DNA of 50,620 nt from Verrucomicrobiales bacterium (GTDB lineage: Bacteria; Verrucomicrobiota; Verrucomicrobiia; Limisphaerales; JAFMIX01). Position 1 is the first letter of the stretch. Each line of letters begins with the position of its first letter. Location: the NCBI GenBank assembly GCA_017853785.1, contig JAFMIX010000002.1:1-50620 (forward strand), written 5' to 3'. Below are positions 19,396-27,790 of the stretch, piece after piece. A program made the position numbers and the translations under genes. The notes below the pieces were generated by a model, which saw only the letters and a list, made by a program, of their open reading frames with translations, was not told the DNA's origin and did not search any database.

Positions 19396-20685
19396 ATGAA
19401 GCTTTCCATCATCGGCACGGGCTACGTCGGACTCGTCACCGGAACGTGTTTTGCCGAAGTCGGCCACCACGTCATCTGCGTGGACAACGACGTCAACAAG
19501 GTCAAGCTCCTCCAGTCCGGTGGCATCCCCATCTACGAACCCGGCCTCGAGGAACTCGTCAAAAAGAACGTCGCCGCCGGGCGCTTGAGCTTCACCGCCA
19601 GCATCGCGGAGGGCGTCGAGCAATCCGACGTCATCTTCATCGCCGTGCCCACGCCGCCGCAGGAAGACGGCTCGGTGGACCTGAGCTTCATCGAGAAAGT
19701 CGCCCGCGACATCGCCGCCGCCATCACCAGCTACAAAATCGTCGTGGACAAGTCCACCGTGCCCGTCAACACCGGCGAGAAGGTGGCCGAGACCATCAAG
19801 CGCTATTGCAAATCCAAGGCCGAATTCGATGTCGTCAGCAATCCCGAGTTCCTCCGCGAAGGCTTTGCCGTCGAAGACCTGATGTCGCCCGACCGCGTCG
19901 TCATCGGCGTGCGCTCGCAGCGGCCCGTGAAGGCGATGACCGAGATGTATGAGCCGTTCAAGGCGCCCATCATCGTCACCGACATCAACTCTGCCGAGCT
20001 GATCAAGCACGCGGCGAATTCCTTCCTCGCCCTCAAGATTTCCTACATCAACGCCGTCTCCGCCATCTGCGAAGCCAGCGGCGCGAACGTGCAGGAAGTC
20101 GCCAACGGTATGGGTATGGACGCGCGCATCGGGCGCCGCTTCCTCGACGCCTCGCTCGGCTTCGGCGGCAGTTGTTTTCCAAAAGACCTTAGCGCTTTCA
20201 TCAAGATTGCCGACCAGCTCGGGCAGCCGTTCCATCTGCTCAAGGAAGTCCAGCGCATCAATGAAAACCAGATGGCGCGCTTCGTGAAGAAGATCACTGA
20301 CACGCTTTGGGTGCTGAAAGGCAAGACCATCGGCGTGCTCGGTCTCGCGTTCAAGCAGAACACCGACGACGTCCGCATGTCGCCCGCGATCGACTTGTGC
20401 CAGCGGTTGCAGAAGGAAGGCGCGACGTTGCGTGTCCACGACCCCAAGGCGATGGAGAAGGCCAAGGCAGTTTTGAAAAATGTGACCTATGTGGCCGATA
20501 TGAACGCTGTGGCCGAAGGCTGCGATGCGCTCGTGGTCGCGACTGAATGGCCGGAGTTCAAGAAGCTCGACCTCAATCGCGCTCGCAAAGCTTTGAGCCA
20601 TCCCATCATGTTCGATGGCCGCAACCTCTTCGATGTGGCCGAAATGGAAAAGCTCGGCTGGATCTACAAGAGCATCGGCCGGTGA
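19396..20685 (+). CDS. ugd: UDP-glucose 6-dehydrogenase
   Basis: MKLSIIGTGYVGLVTGTCFAEVGH Rossmann motif, catalytic-Cys motif GFGGSCFPKD, WPEF near the C-terminus. The ATG at 19396 is in frame within ORF 19003..20685. Confidence 0.95.
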   Translation: MKLSIIGTGYVGLVTGTCFAEVGHHVICVDNDVNKVKLLQSGGIPIYEPGLEELVKKNVAAGRLSFTASIAEGVEQSDVIFIAVPTPPQEDGSVDLSFIEKVARDIAAAITSYKIVVDKSTVPVNTGEKVAETIKRYCKSKAEFDVVSNPEFLREGFAVEDLMSPDRVVIGVRSQRPVKAMTEMYEPFKAPIIVTDINSAELIKHAANSFLALKISYINAVSAICEASGANVQEVANGMGMDARIGRRFLDASLGFGGSCFPKDLSAFIKIADQLGQPFHLLKEVQRINENQMARFVKKITDTLWVLKGKTIGVLGLAFKQNTDDVRMSPAIDLCQRLQKEGATLRVHDPKAMEKAKAVLKNVTYVADMNAVAEGCDALVVATEWPEFKKLDLNRARKALSHPIMFDGRNLFDVAEMEKLGWIYKSIGR

Positions 20686-21086
20686 GCGACGGCATCGAAG
20701 TCAGCGCCGGTCTCGTCTTCCGCGCCGGAAAACTTCTTATCACCCGACGCCGCGCGGATTCGCACCTTGGCGGGTTGTGGGAATTCCCCGGCGGCAAACG
20801 TGAGCTTGGCGAAACCTTTGAGCAGGCGCTCGTGCGCGAACTCTGCGAGGAACTGGGCGTCGAAGTGGCCGTTGGCGCGCTCATCACCGAACTCACGCAC
20901 GCCTACCCCACGAAGACCGTGCACCTGAAATTCTACGCTTGCCGCCTCGTCGCGGGCGAACCGCAGCCCTTGGATTGCGCCGCTGTCAAATGGGTCAACG
21001 CCGCCGAATTGGCCGCGCATGAGTTTCCCGCCGCCGATGCGCGATTGCTGGAGCGATTGCTGCGTGACTCCCGGCTGTGGGTGTGA
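20682..21086 (+). CDS. mutT: Nudix hydrolase, MutT-like (8-oxo-dGTP diphosphatase type)
   Basis: GTG start overlapping the ugd stop (GTGA). Nudix box GGKRELGETFEQALVRELCEELGV; LWEFPGG. Confidence 0.8.
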   Translation: MSDGIEVSAGLVFRAGKLLITRRRADSHLGGLWEFPGGKRELGETFEQALVRELCEELGVEVAVGALITELTHAYPTKTVHLKFYACRLVAGEPQPLDCAAVKWVNAAELAAHEFPAADARLLERLLRDSRLWV

Positions 21087-21125
21087 ATATTGGTTGTCCG
21101 GCGGGAGCGCGGTGAAAATGATTTT

Positions 21126-21632
21126 TCATCCACAGTTCGCCGTCCGGTTTTCTTCGAGCGTCCAGTCATTGCGCCCGTCTGGGTGGCAATGGCAGTGCGC
21201 GGCGAAGAAGCCACCGCGGTGTTGCCAGAACCACGGCCAGATGCGTTCGCGGTCAGTCTGCGGGATCTTCAGGGTGTCCAATGCGGCGCGCGGGAAGAAT
21301 TGAAACCGCCCTTCGCTCATCGGCGGCGGGAGTTGCGCGAGCTTGGGCTTCAACTCGAAGAGAAACATCAGCCAGTGCGCCTGTCCTTGGAAGCCGTGTT
21401 CGCTGACAAGCCCGGCGAGGTGGAAGTCGGACGGGGCAAACTGCAGCCCCATTTCCTCGTGCGCCTCGCGCGCGGCGCAGGCATAGGGCGATTCGCCGAT
21501 GTCGGTTTTGAGTTTGCCGCCGCACGGACTCCAGAAGCCGCGGTTTGGTTCGTGGGCGCGTTCAAGCAGGAGGATTTCATCGCGCTCGTTGAAGCAGTAG
21601 AGCAGGGTGGCGACTTTGTAGGGGAGAATCAT
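21126..21632 (-). CDS. Nudix hydrolase, second and unrelated copy
   Basis: The internal ATG at 21632 gives MILPYKVATLLYCF... Nudix box GGKLKTDIGESPYACAAREAHEEMGL. Confidence 0.85.
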   Translation of the reverse strand: MILPYKVATLLYCFNERDEILLLERAHEPNRGFWSPCGGKLKTDIGESPYACAAREAHEEMGLQFAPSDFHLAGLVSEHGFQGQAHWLMFLFELKPKLAQLPPPMSEGRFQFFPRAALDTLKIPQTDRERIWPWFWQHRGGFFAAHCHCHPDGRNDWTLEENRTANCG

Positions 21633-21642
21633 AAAACAGAGC

Positions 21643-21732
21643 CCGCAGATTTCGCAGATTAACGCAGATATTTTTGGAGGGAGCAAACTCTTAATCTGCG
21701 AACATCGGCGCAATCTGCGGATGAATCTCCGG
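21643..21732. repeat. CGCAGAT-type iterated/inverted repeat element in a divergent intergenic region
   Basis: Three direct CGCAGAT copies start at 21644, 21653 and 21663 (9-10 nt phasing). They are mirrored by ATCTGCG at 21694-21700 and 21713-21719. CGCAGATTAA/TTAATCTGCG and CCGCAGAT/ATCTGCGG pair perfectly. Confidence 0.5.
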
Positions 21733-21778
21733 TGTTCGCGGCTCGACAATTTTGTCAGTTCCCGCCACGCTCGCGGCG

Positions 21779-22396
21779 ATGGTGCCTGAAGAATCCGAAT
21801 CTGATTACCCGCTCGACCGGCTCTGGAAAGAATACGGCAGCGCCTTCGATGATTTTGACGACCTCACGCTGGCGCGCTGGCTGGCGCAGACGCTGGGGCA
21901 GATCAAAGGGCAGGGATGGCGCTACTCGCATCCGCTGCTTGGCGCGTATCGGCTCGCGGCGCAGGCGGGTCACGCGCGGCAGGTGTGGCTCAAACGGTTG
22001 GTGAACACGCCCGCGCCGTATGTGGAGGCGGGTTGCTGTCGCGCTCCGGCGCTGCCGTTGGTCACGCGCGACTTGGCGGAGTCGGGGCTGATCTGCCTGC
22101 ATTGCAGCGAGACGCTGCTGCCGTTCGAGGAGATTCCCGAGGCGTTGCGCCCGGAACTGGCGGCATGGGTGGCGGCTTATGCGCCGGTGCATCAGGTGGC
22201 GCATTGGGACGACCGGCAGCGGAAGGGGGCACGGAATTACGACCAAGCATGCGAGTCCGCCGCGCAGGAGGCGGAGCGGTTGCTGGCGCAACTGGGCGGG
22301 CATCTCGCGCCCAAGCTGCTGGAATATTTTCCCGCCGTCGTCTGGGAGGATCAGGACGAATGTCTGGAAGTGAGGCCGGAGGATATTCCGTTGTGA
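21779..22396 (+). CDS. Hypothetical protein with CC...CxxC cysteine cluster
   Basis: ORF 21752 (TTG) or 21779 (ATG) to 22396. Codon usage resembles neighbouring genes. GCCRAP...LICLHCSETL. I recognise no family. Confidence 0.55.
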   Translation: MVPEESESDYPLDRLWKEYGSAFDDFDDLTLARWLAQTLGQIKGQGWRYSHPLLGAYRLAAQAGHARQVWLKRLVNTPAPYVEAGCCRAPALPLVTRDLAESGLICLHCSETLLPFEEIPEALRPELAAWVAAYAPVHQVAHWDDRQRKGARNYDQACESAAQEAERLLAQLGGHLAPKLLEYFPAVVWEDQDECLEVRPEDIPL

Positions 22397-22526
22397 ACCG
22401 TTCGCTCGCGATGGCTTATGATTTAATGGTGACCTTTAACTAAATCCATCGAGCTATTGACATTTTTTAAAGGTTCAATAGAAGTGTCTGCGTCCGAAGG
22501 GTTAGGTTGTATAAACGCATAAAAAT

Positions 22527-22925
22527 ATGGCAGCAAAATTTTGCGGGCTGACTTTCGTCGAAATAGGATTGTTGTCTTCAGGTCTGGTTTTTTTGTCCGG
22601 TTGCGCTAACACCGAATATGGTCATACCAGCCCCTACCATCCTGGCCCAGCTGCTGGGCCAGCAGTTGGTAATGCAGCGGGCGTAGTGGTCGGCAACGCC
22701 CTCGGGGTTGGTGTTGGGGTGGTGGAAGGAACGGCGGCGGGATTGGCCGCGCCGTTTGATCCGAGTTATCACATGGTTCGTCATTGGAAAAATGAAACCA
22801 CAGCGGATGGTCGTACCATTCAGGTGCCTTACGACGTACTGGTGGACAAAAATGGGCGTCCGGTGAATATGCCAGCTCCTACGGGAAATCCGGCTCTGCC
22901 CCCGGTCGTGGCCCCGGCCAAATGA
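22527..22925 (+). CDS. Glycine-zipper (SlyB/Pcp-like) lipoprotein
   Basis: Signal + lipobox LVFLSGC. Gly-zipper GPAVGNAAGVVVGNALGVGVGVVEGTAAGLAAP. Confidence 0.7.
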   Translation: MAAKFCGLTFVEIGLLSSGLVFLSGCANTEYGHTSPYHPGPAAGPAVGNAAGVVVGNALGVGVGVVEGTAAGLAAPFDPSYHMVRHWKNETTADGRTIQVPYDVLVDKNGRPVNMPAPTGNPALPPVVAPAK

Positions 22926-22970
22926 CTCCCTTGCCACTTTCTTTTTCCAACCCTCACCCGAACAACAATT

Positions 22971-24185
22971 ATGCGAAACTTGATTCATGCCTGTCTGCTG
23001 GCCGCCTTGACGGTGACGTTGCCAAACTGCCTTCACGCCCAAAACAATCCGATTGAAACGGCGGCGAACCTCAAGGATAGCACTACCCATGTGGTTGTGG
23101 AACGAAAAGTTATTGAGACCACTAAAACCTACCAGCAAGAAACGGCGCGTGATGCCCAGCGTAAAATCGCCATCATTGTGCAAAACCGTGGCGACGCTAG
23201 CCTTAATGACAAGGTTGCCGTGCTGGAAGACTTGGTAGGTAGTCGAGTGGCTGGCAACGGGCTTTCCGTTATTTCTCGCGATGATGTCACGCGGTCATTG
23301 AAGAATTATTCCGGTAACAACAATCCCAATGGTGAATTGAACGCCGTGGACCGGTCGTTGGAGGATGGTAGTTCCGCACTGCGACTCGCACAGAATCTTG
23401 GTGTGGATTATATTCTGGTGCCTTCCATCGTCAGTCTGGGCACGGAGAAGAAAAATTATACCGGCAACGGTATCAGCACGCTCAACATTGCGCACAAACT
23501 CCGCGTAACCTATAAAATCGTCGAGGCAGGCGTGGGCGGTGCGGTGCGCGGTGGGGCGTTCACCTCGGAAAAAAACATCCGGCAGACGTCTGGTATGCAA
23601 ACCGAAAGCAACGACGTTATCAATGAACTGCTGGATGACGCAGCCGAGCAACTGGCTGATGCCATTGTGCAAAACGCCAAGTCATTGCCGGCGGAAGTGG
23701 CAAAAGCCGCCATGGTCAGTTTCAAGGTGGCTTGCACCATGACTGACCCGCGCCAGCAGCCGATTTTGATGTCCGCCGTGGGCATCACGGCGGATCACAA
23801 ATTGGTGGTGACCAACCAGCCGATTGCTGTTCAAGCCATGGATGTGACGGTGGAACTCGATGGCGTGGCGATTGGGTCTGCCCCCGGGACATTTCAGGGT
23901 CGCCCGGGTTTGCATAAAATCCGGCTGGCACGGGAAGGCTTTGATGTCTGGGAACGCACCATCAACATTTATGAGGGCCAGAATCTTCGCGTGGCACTCC
24001 AGATGAGCGCTGCCGGTTATGCGCGCTGGGCGGATACGACCGCCTTTCTTGCTGAGCTGGACAGTAATCGCAAGCTGACTGATGCCGAGGTGAAGCGTAT
24101 CGAGGGCATCGCCGAATTTTTCAAGAACAGCCACTACCGTGTGGACACCAAAGAGAACGTTAAAATTTACAAGAGCATCTTTTAA
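22971..24185 (+). CDS. Exported CsgG/LpoB-fold module + PEGA-domain protein
   Basis: Signal peptide ...LPNCLHA-QN. N-terminal module KIAIIVQNRGDASLNDKVAVLEDLV...VISRDDVTRSL...LRLAQNLGVDYILVPSIVSLG...KLRVTYKIVEAGVGG. PEGA-like VTVELDGVAIGSAPGTFQGRPGLHKIRLAREGFDVWERTINIYEGQNLRV. Confidence 0.7.
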   Translation: MRNLIHACLLAALTVTLPNCLHAQNNPIETAANLKDSTTHVVVERKVIETTKTYQQETARDAQRKIAIIVQNRGDASLNDKVAVLEDLVGSRVAGNGLSVISRDDVTRSLKNYSGNNNPNGELNAVDRSLEDGSSALRLAQNLGVDYILVPSIVSLGTEKKNYTGNGISTLNIAHKLRVTYKIVEAGVGGAVRGGAFTSEKNIRQTSGMQTESNDVINELLDDAAEQLADAIVQNAKSLPAEVAKAAMVSFKVACTMTDPRQQPILMSAVGITADHKLVVTNQPIAVQAMDVTVELDGVAIGSAPGTFQGRPGLHKIRLAREGFDVWERTINIYEGQNLRVALQMSAAGYARWADTTAFLAELDSNRKLTDAEVKRIEGIAEFFKNSHYRVDTKENVKIYKSIF

Positions 24186-24203
24186 TTCAACCACTTAACC
24201 CGC

Positions 24204-25103
24204 ATGAAAAATATTTTTTTTAGATTTGGTCTGGCGGCTCTGATTGTGACGCTTTTGCCCGCCGTGCTGACAGCGCAGGAAAAATCCACGCTCGCGGTTT
24301 CCTCTATCAAGCCGACGGCATCTTTATCAGCCTCGGTGTCGGCCGACAAAAAATTGAAATTGAATCGCATCACTGAGTCGCTTGATAGCCAGTTGATTGA
24401 CCGTATCAATGCGACACGAAAATTCGACGTCGTAGGTCGCAGCGACCTTGGTGATGTTATCAAAGAGCAGGATTTGGGTGCTTCTGGCAACGTAGATGCT
24501 AAGACGGCCGCGAAAGCGGGAAAATTGACAGGCGCGAAATATCTGCTGGTTGCGACCGTGGATGATTTTCAAGACTACGTTGAAAAGGCGACATTTGAGG
24601 GAACCGGTCGGGCGGCGACCAAACGGGTGTTTCGCTTTTCCATCGTCGGAAAAATTTATGATTCTACCACCGGCAAGCTGCTGGAGTCGGCCAATTTCCA
24701 GACCGGCAACGACGCGTTCAAGCAAATCCAGCAGGAACGCAATTACACCGTGAAGGATGGGGAGTTGAGTGATGAAATGATGGTCGCGGTTTCGCGGTCA
24801 ATGGCTGAAAAAATCGCCAATCGAGTGGCCGACGTTATTTTTCCAGCCAAGGTTTTGATCAAGCGCGATACGCAGGTAACCATCAACCGTGGCGAAGGCG
24901 CCGGGGTAGCGGTGGGCGACCTGTTCAATATTTTTGCGCTGGGTGACGAAATGATTGACCCTGACACCAAGGAATCGTTAGGCCGAGAAGAAGTGAAGGT
25001 TGGCAAGGTGAAGATTTCAGAAGTGAATCCTAAATTTTCCAAGGCAGAAGCTTTGGAAGACACCGGCATCACAAGCGGTGCCGTTTTACGCAAAGTTCAG
25101 TGA
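24204..25103 (+). CDS. Exported CsgG-family module + C-terminal beta-domain (FlgT_C-like)
   Basis: Signal ...LLPAVLTA-QE. FDVVGRSDLGDVIKEQDLGASGNVD...AGKLTGAKYLLVATVDDF and FRFSIVGKIYDSTTGKLLES parallel E. coli CsgG (PLERQGLQNLLNERKI..., IAVNLRVVNVSTGEILSS). C-terminus VLIKRDTQVTINRGEGAGVAVGDLFNIFALG...VGKVKISEV. Confidence 0.72.
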   Translation: MKNIFFRFGLAALIVTLLPAVLTAQEKSTLAVSSIKPTASLSASVSADKKLKLNRITESLDSQLIDRINATRKFDVVGRSDLGDVIKEQDLGASGNVDAKTAAKAGKLTGAKYLLVATVDDFQDYVEKATFEGTGRAATKRVFRFSIVGKIYDSTTGKLLESANFQTGNDAFKQIQQERNYTVKDGELSDEMMVAVSRSMAEKIANRVADVIFPAKVLIKRDTQVTINRGEGAGVAVGDLFNIFALGDEMIDPDTKESLGREEVKVGKVKISEVNPKFSKAEALEDTGITSGAVLRKVQ

Positions 25104-25107
25104 ACGT

Positions 25108-26568
25108 ATGGAGTTAACCGCAAACTTGATTATGGCTAACGAAAAAAACAAAAATAAATGGATCAAATGCGGAACTGCCATCCGGTTATTACTTTTGGTG
25201 GGTAGTGTTGGTTTGTTGGCAACGGGCTGTCAAACTTATCAGCAGCAAAACAAAGTTGTCTCCAATTGGAGGCAGGGAAATTTGAATGTCGCTGCCGCCG
25301 AGGCTAAAAAACTGGCGGACAACAATGCCCAGAACAAGGATTCCATCATATGGCGATTGGAGCAGGGTGCGGTTTTGAGAGCTGCTGGTCAATACAACGA
25401 AAGCAATCAAGCATTTGACCAGGCGCAGGAAAAAATTGACGACTATGCTCAGAAAGCCAAGGTTCGGGTCGGTCAGGAAGCCGGGGCGTTACTTTCCAAT
25501 CAGGCCAATCTGGATTACGAAGGTCGTTCTTACGATGGCATCATGCTCAACACCTACAAGGCATTGAATTATCTAGCGTTGGGCGAGTCCGACAAAGCCC
25601 GTCCGGAAATCATTCGCGCTTACCAACGCCAACAGGATGCAGTCGAAACCAACAAGAAACGCATTGAGAAAACACAAGAGGCTGCCGCGCAAAGCAAGGA
25701 CAAGGCGGCAATTGAAAAAGCGCAAAATGACCCCAAATTACAGGCGCAATTTGCCGGGGCTACCACCAATTTGGGCGGGTTGAATACCTATGCCGATTAC
25801 GTCAACCCGTTCACTACATATCTGGATGGCTTGTATTTCATGGCCAATGCCGCCGATGCTTCGGATTTGGAGCGCGCCCGTAAATCCTTTGAACGGGTCA
25901 CCGCCTTTACGCCCAATAATGACTACATCAAACAAGATTTTGCCACCGTCAACGATTTGATCCAAGGCAAGCCGTTGCCCTCGTTGACCTATGTGATTTT
26001 TGAAACCGGTTGTGCGCCCGAACGCGGGCAAATCCGGGTTGATATTCCCATCATCGTCCTGACGGTGTCCTACGTCGGCGCGGCGTTTCCAACCTTGAAA
26101 TTGCAGGATAATTTCATTCCTAGTTTGACGGTGGTTGCCGAAGGCACAAACGTCACCACGGCATCGGTTGCCAGCATAGATGGAGTTGTAGCATTAGACT
26201 TTAAGAATGAACAGCCCGTGGTTATCACCAAAACCATTGCTTCGACGGTGATAAAAGCAGTGGCTGCCTATGCCGCAAACGAAGCTGCCCAGCAGGCGGG
26301 TGGCGACATCGCTGGCTGGGTGTCAAAAATTGGCACGGCTGCCTACCAGATGGCTGTGAACATTGCTGACGAACGTACTTGGACGACGTTGCCAAAAGAA
26401 TTTCAGGTGGCGCGTATCCCCACCCCCTCAGATCGAAAATTAAATTTAGCCACTCCCAACGGCATGCAAACATCACTAACCATTGGCGACGGCATTATAA
26501 ACGTAGTTTATGTCAAATCCATTACTGCTGGAACGCCGCTGCTGATGTCACAATTCAAACTAAAATGA
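25108..26568 (+). CDS. Large TPR-like lipoprotein, uncharacterised
   Basis: Start at ATG 25108 or 25132. KNKNKWIKCGTAIRLLLLVGSVGLLATGC lipobox-like signal. Helical repeat region (WRLEQGAVLRAAGQYNESNQAFDQAQEKI, MLNTYKALNYLALGESDKARPEIIRAY). The family assignment rests on context only. Confidence 0.65.
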   Translation: MELTANLIMANEKNKNKWIKCGTAIRLLLLVGSVGLLATGCQTYQQQNKVVSNWRQGNLNVAAAEAKKLADNNAQNKDSIIWRLEQGAVLRAAGQYNESNQAFDQAQEKIDDYAQKAKVRVGQEAGALLSNQANLDYEGRSYDGIMLNTYKALNYLALGESDKARPEIIRAYQRQQDAVETNKKRIEKTQEAAAQSKDKAAIEKAQNDPKLQAQFAGATTNLGGLNTYADYVNPFTTYLDGLYFMANAADASDLERARKSFERVTAFTPNNDYIKQDFATVNDLIQGKPLPSLTYVIFETGCAPERGQIRVDIPIIVLTVSYVGAAFPTLKLQDNFIPSLTVVAEGTNVTTASVASIDGVVALDFKNEQPVVITKTIASTVIKAVAAYAANEAAQQAGGDIAGWVSKIGTAAYQMAVNIADERTWTTLPKEFQVARIPTPSDRKLNLATPNGMQTSLTIGDGIINVVYVKSITAGTPLLMSQFKLK

Positions 26569-26984
26569 AAACATCCAAAGTTATCCTTCCTTTTTTTGCC
26601 GTCGGCATTCTGATGCTGGTTGGTTGCACTACAGTTAACACCGTCGAAAACGCTCAAAAATCCGGTCAGCGCGCGATGGTTTCTGACCAGCGCGTGATTA
26701 CTGATGCCAGTCTCAACCGCAAGGTGGCCATTGTCGGCGTTAATGCTGCCATGACTCCGGGCGGACTCCTCAAGGCGCAGGTGGAACTGGAAAACCGCAC
26801 CCGCTCGCTTCAGCGGTTTCTGTATCGCTTCGAGTGGTTTGACGCCAACGGCATGCAGGTCAACAATATTATTTCCGCATCCGTTCCCGAGCAGATCGAA
26901 GGCAAGGAAAGCAAGTTCATCTACAGCGTCGCTCCAAATCCCAACTGCCGTGATTTCCGTGTAAAATTCATCGAAGCCAACTAA
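26565..26984 (+). CDS. YcfL-like (DUF1425) lipoprotein
   Basis: ATGA overlap with the preceding gene. Signal MKTSKVILPFFAVGILMLVGC. LKAQVELENRTRSLQRFLYRFEWFDANGMQV parallels E. coli YcfL ...VTVHYRFYWYDARGLEM. Confidence 0.75.
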   Translation: MKTSKVILPFFAVGILMLVGCTTVNTVENAQKSGQRAMVSDQRVITDASLNRKVAIVGVNAAMTPGGLLKAQVELENRTRSLQRFLYRFEWFDANGMQVNNIISASVPEQIEGKESKFIYSVAPNPNCRDFRVKFIEAN

Positions 26985-27001
26985 ACATCTAAAAGATAAC
27001 C

Positions 27002-27574
27002 ATGAAAAACAAAATTATACTTCTTATCATTGCGGCTGCGATTCCAGCGGCTTTTACCGGCTGTGCCACCAATGCACATTACGTTCAGACCGGCGACAAG
27101 GAACAGATAATTAGTTTGGGCCAGATCAATATTCAGGATTACGCTAACGCCGCCAATGCCGCAGTCAAAGAACTGCTTGAATCCGGAGCGATTGACAAGG
27201 TTGCCAACCCGCCGGCTTTGCTGGAGATCAGCCGTATTGTGAACAATACAGGGCAGCAGGTAGATACCGATTTGCTGACCAAAAAAATCAGCATTGCGCT
27301 GTTGCAAAGCGGCAAGGCGCTCACCAAGACCGTTGACAAGAAGGCGACAGGTTACCAGCAGGAAGCTGAATTCATGAACGACCAGAAGACCACCCGCATG
27401 CCGGATTTCACCCTTTCTGGCAAAATTATCGAGACGGTTGACCGGGCGGGAAACACCCGGCGCACGACTTATAGTTTTCAACTCTCACTCAACGACACCA
27501 AGGCTGGTGTTCAGGTGTGGGAAGGGGAAAAAGAAATTGCCAAGCAGGGGACTCGATCTTCCGTAGGGTTTTGA
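27002..27574 (+). CDS. LpoB-like lipoprotein (penicillin-binding-protein activator LpoB family)
   Basis: Signal IPAAFTGC. LLEISRIVNNTGQQVDTDLLTKKISIALLQSGK parallels E. coli LpoB LLVDSVNNRTNGSLNAAEATETLRNALANNGK. C-terminus YSFQLSLNDTKAGVQVWEGEKEIAKQG parallels LQMQLMLVQTGEIIWSGKGAVSQQ. Confidence 0.8.
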   Translation: MKNKIILLIIAAAIPAAFTGCATNAHYVQTGDKEQIISLGQINIQDYANAANAAVKELLESGAIDKVANPPALLEISRIVNNTGQQVDTDLLTKKISIALLQSGKALTKTVDKKATGYQQEAEFMNDQKTTRMPDFTLSGKIIETVDRAGNTRRTTYSFQLSLNDTKAGVQVWEGEKEIAKQGTRSSVGF

Positions 27575-27587
27575 ACTCTTCGAGGCA

Positions 27588-27643
27588 TATAACTTGTAGG
27601 GTTTCAGACGCCGCAGTTTTTTATATTCACTTTACAAGTTATA
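27588..27643. repeat. Perfect 11-bp inverted repeat with 34-nt spacer in an AT-rich spacer
   Basis: TATAACTTGTA (27588-27598) and TACAAGTTATA (27633-27643). Confidence 0.5.
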
Positions 27644-27713
27644 AAACTTTAAAATGTTCGATAATGAACAATTTAGGTAAAGATTGAACTGAAGCTGTTC
27701 TGAACATTTAATA

Positions 27714-27747
27714 GGCGGGGCTGGCGCGAGCCGGTCCCGCTTTTTTG
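27714..27747 (+). terminator. Intrinsic terminator closing the lipoprotein operon (or a short downstream transcript)
   Basis: GGCGGGGCUGGCgcgaGCCGGUCCCGC (with G-U pairs) followed by TTTTTTG, about 140 nt after the lpoB-like stop. Confidence 0.65.
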
Positions 27748-27790
27748 TTCAGTGATTGTTCCGCGCGGCGCGAAGAGGTATAACGCGGTG

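Noticed and set aside
22457-22485. TTGACA hexamer upstream of the lipoprotein operon as a sigma-70 promoter (also TTGACG-18 nt-TAAAAA at 14638-14667 before htpG)
   Set aside because: The -10 partners are poor (TAGAAG) or the spacing is non-optimal. Promoter consensus for this lineage is uncertain, so these are too weak to annotate.
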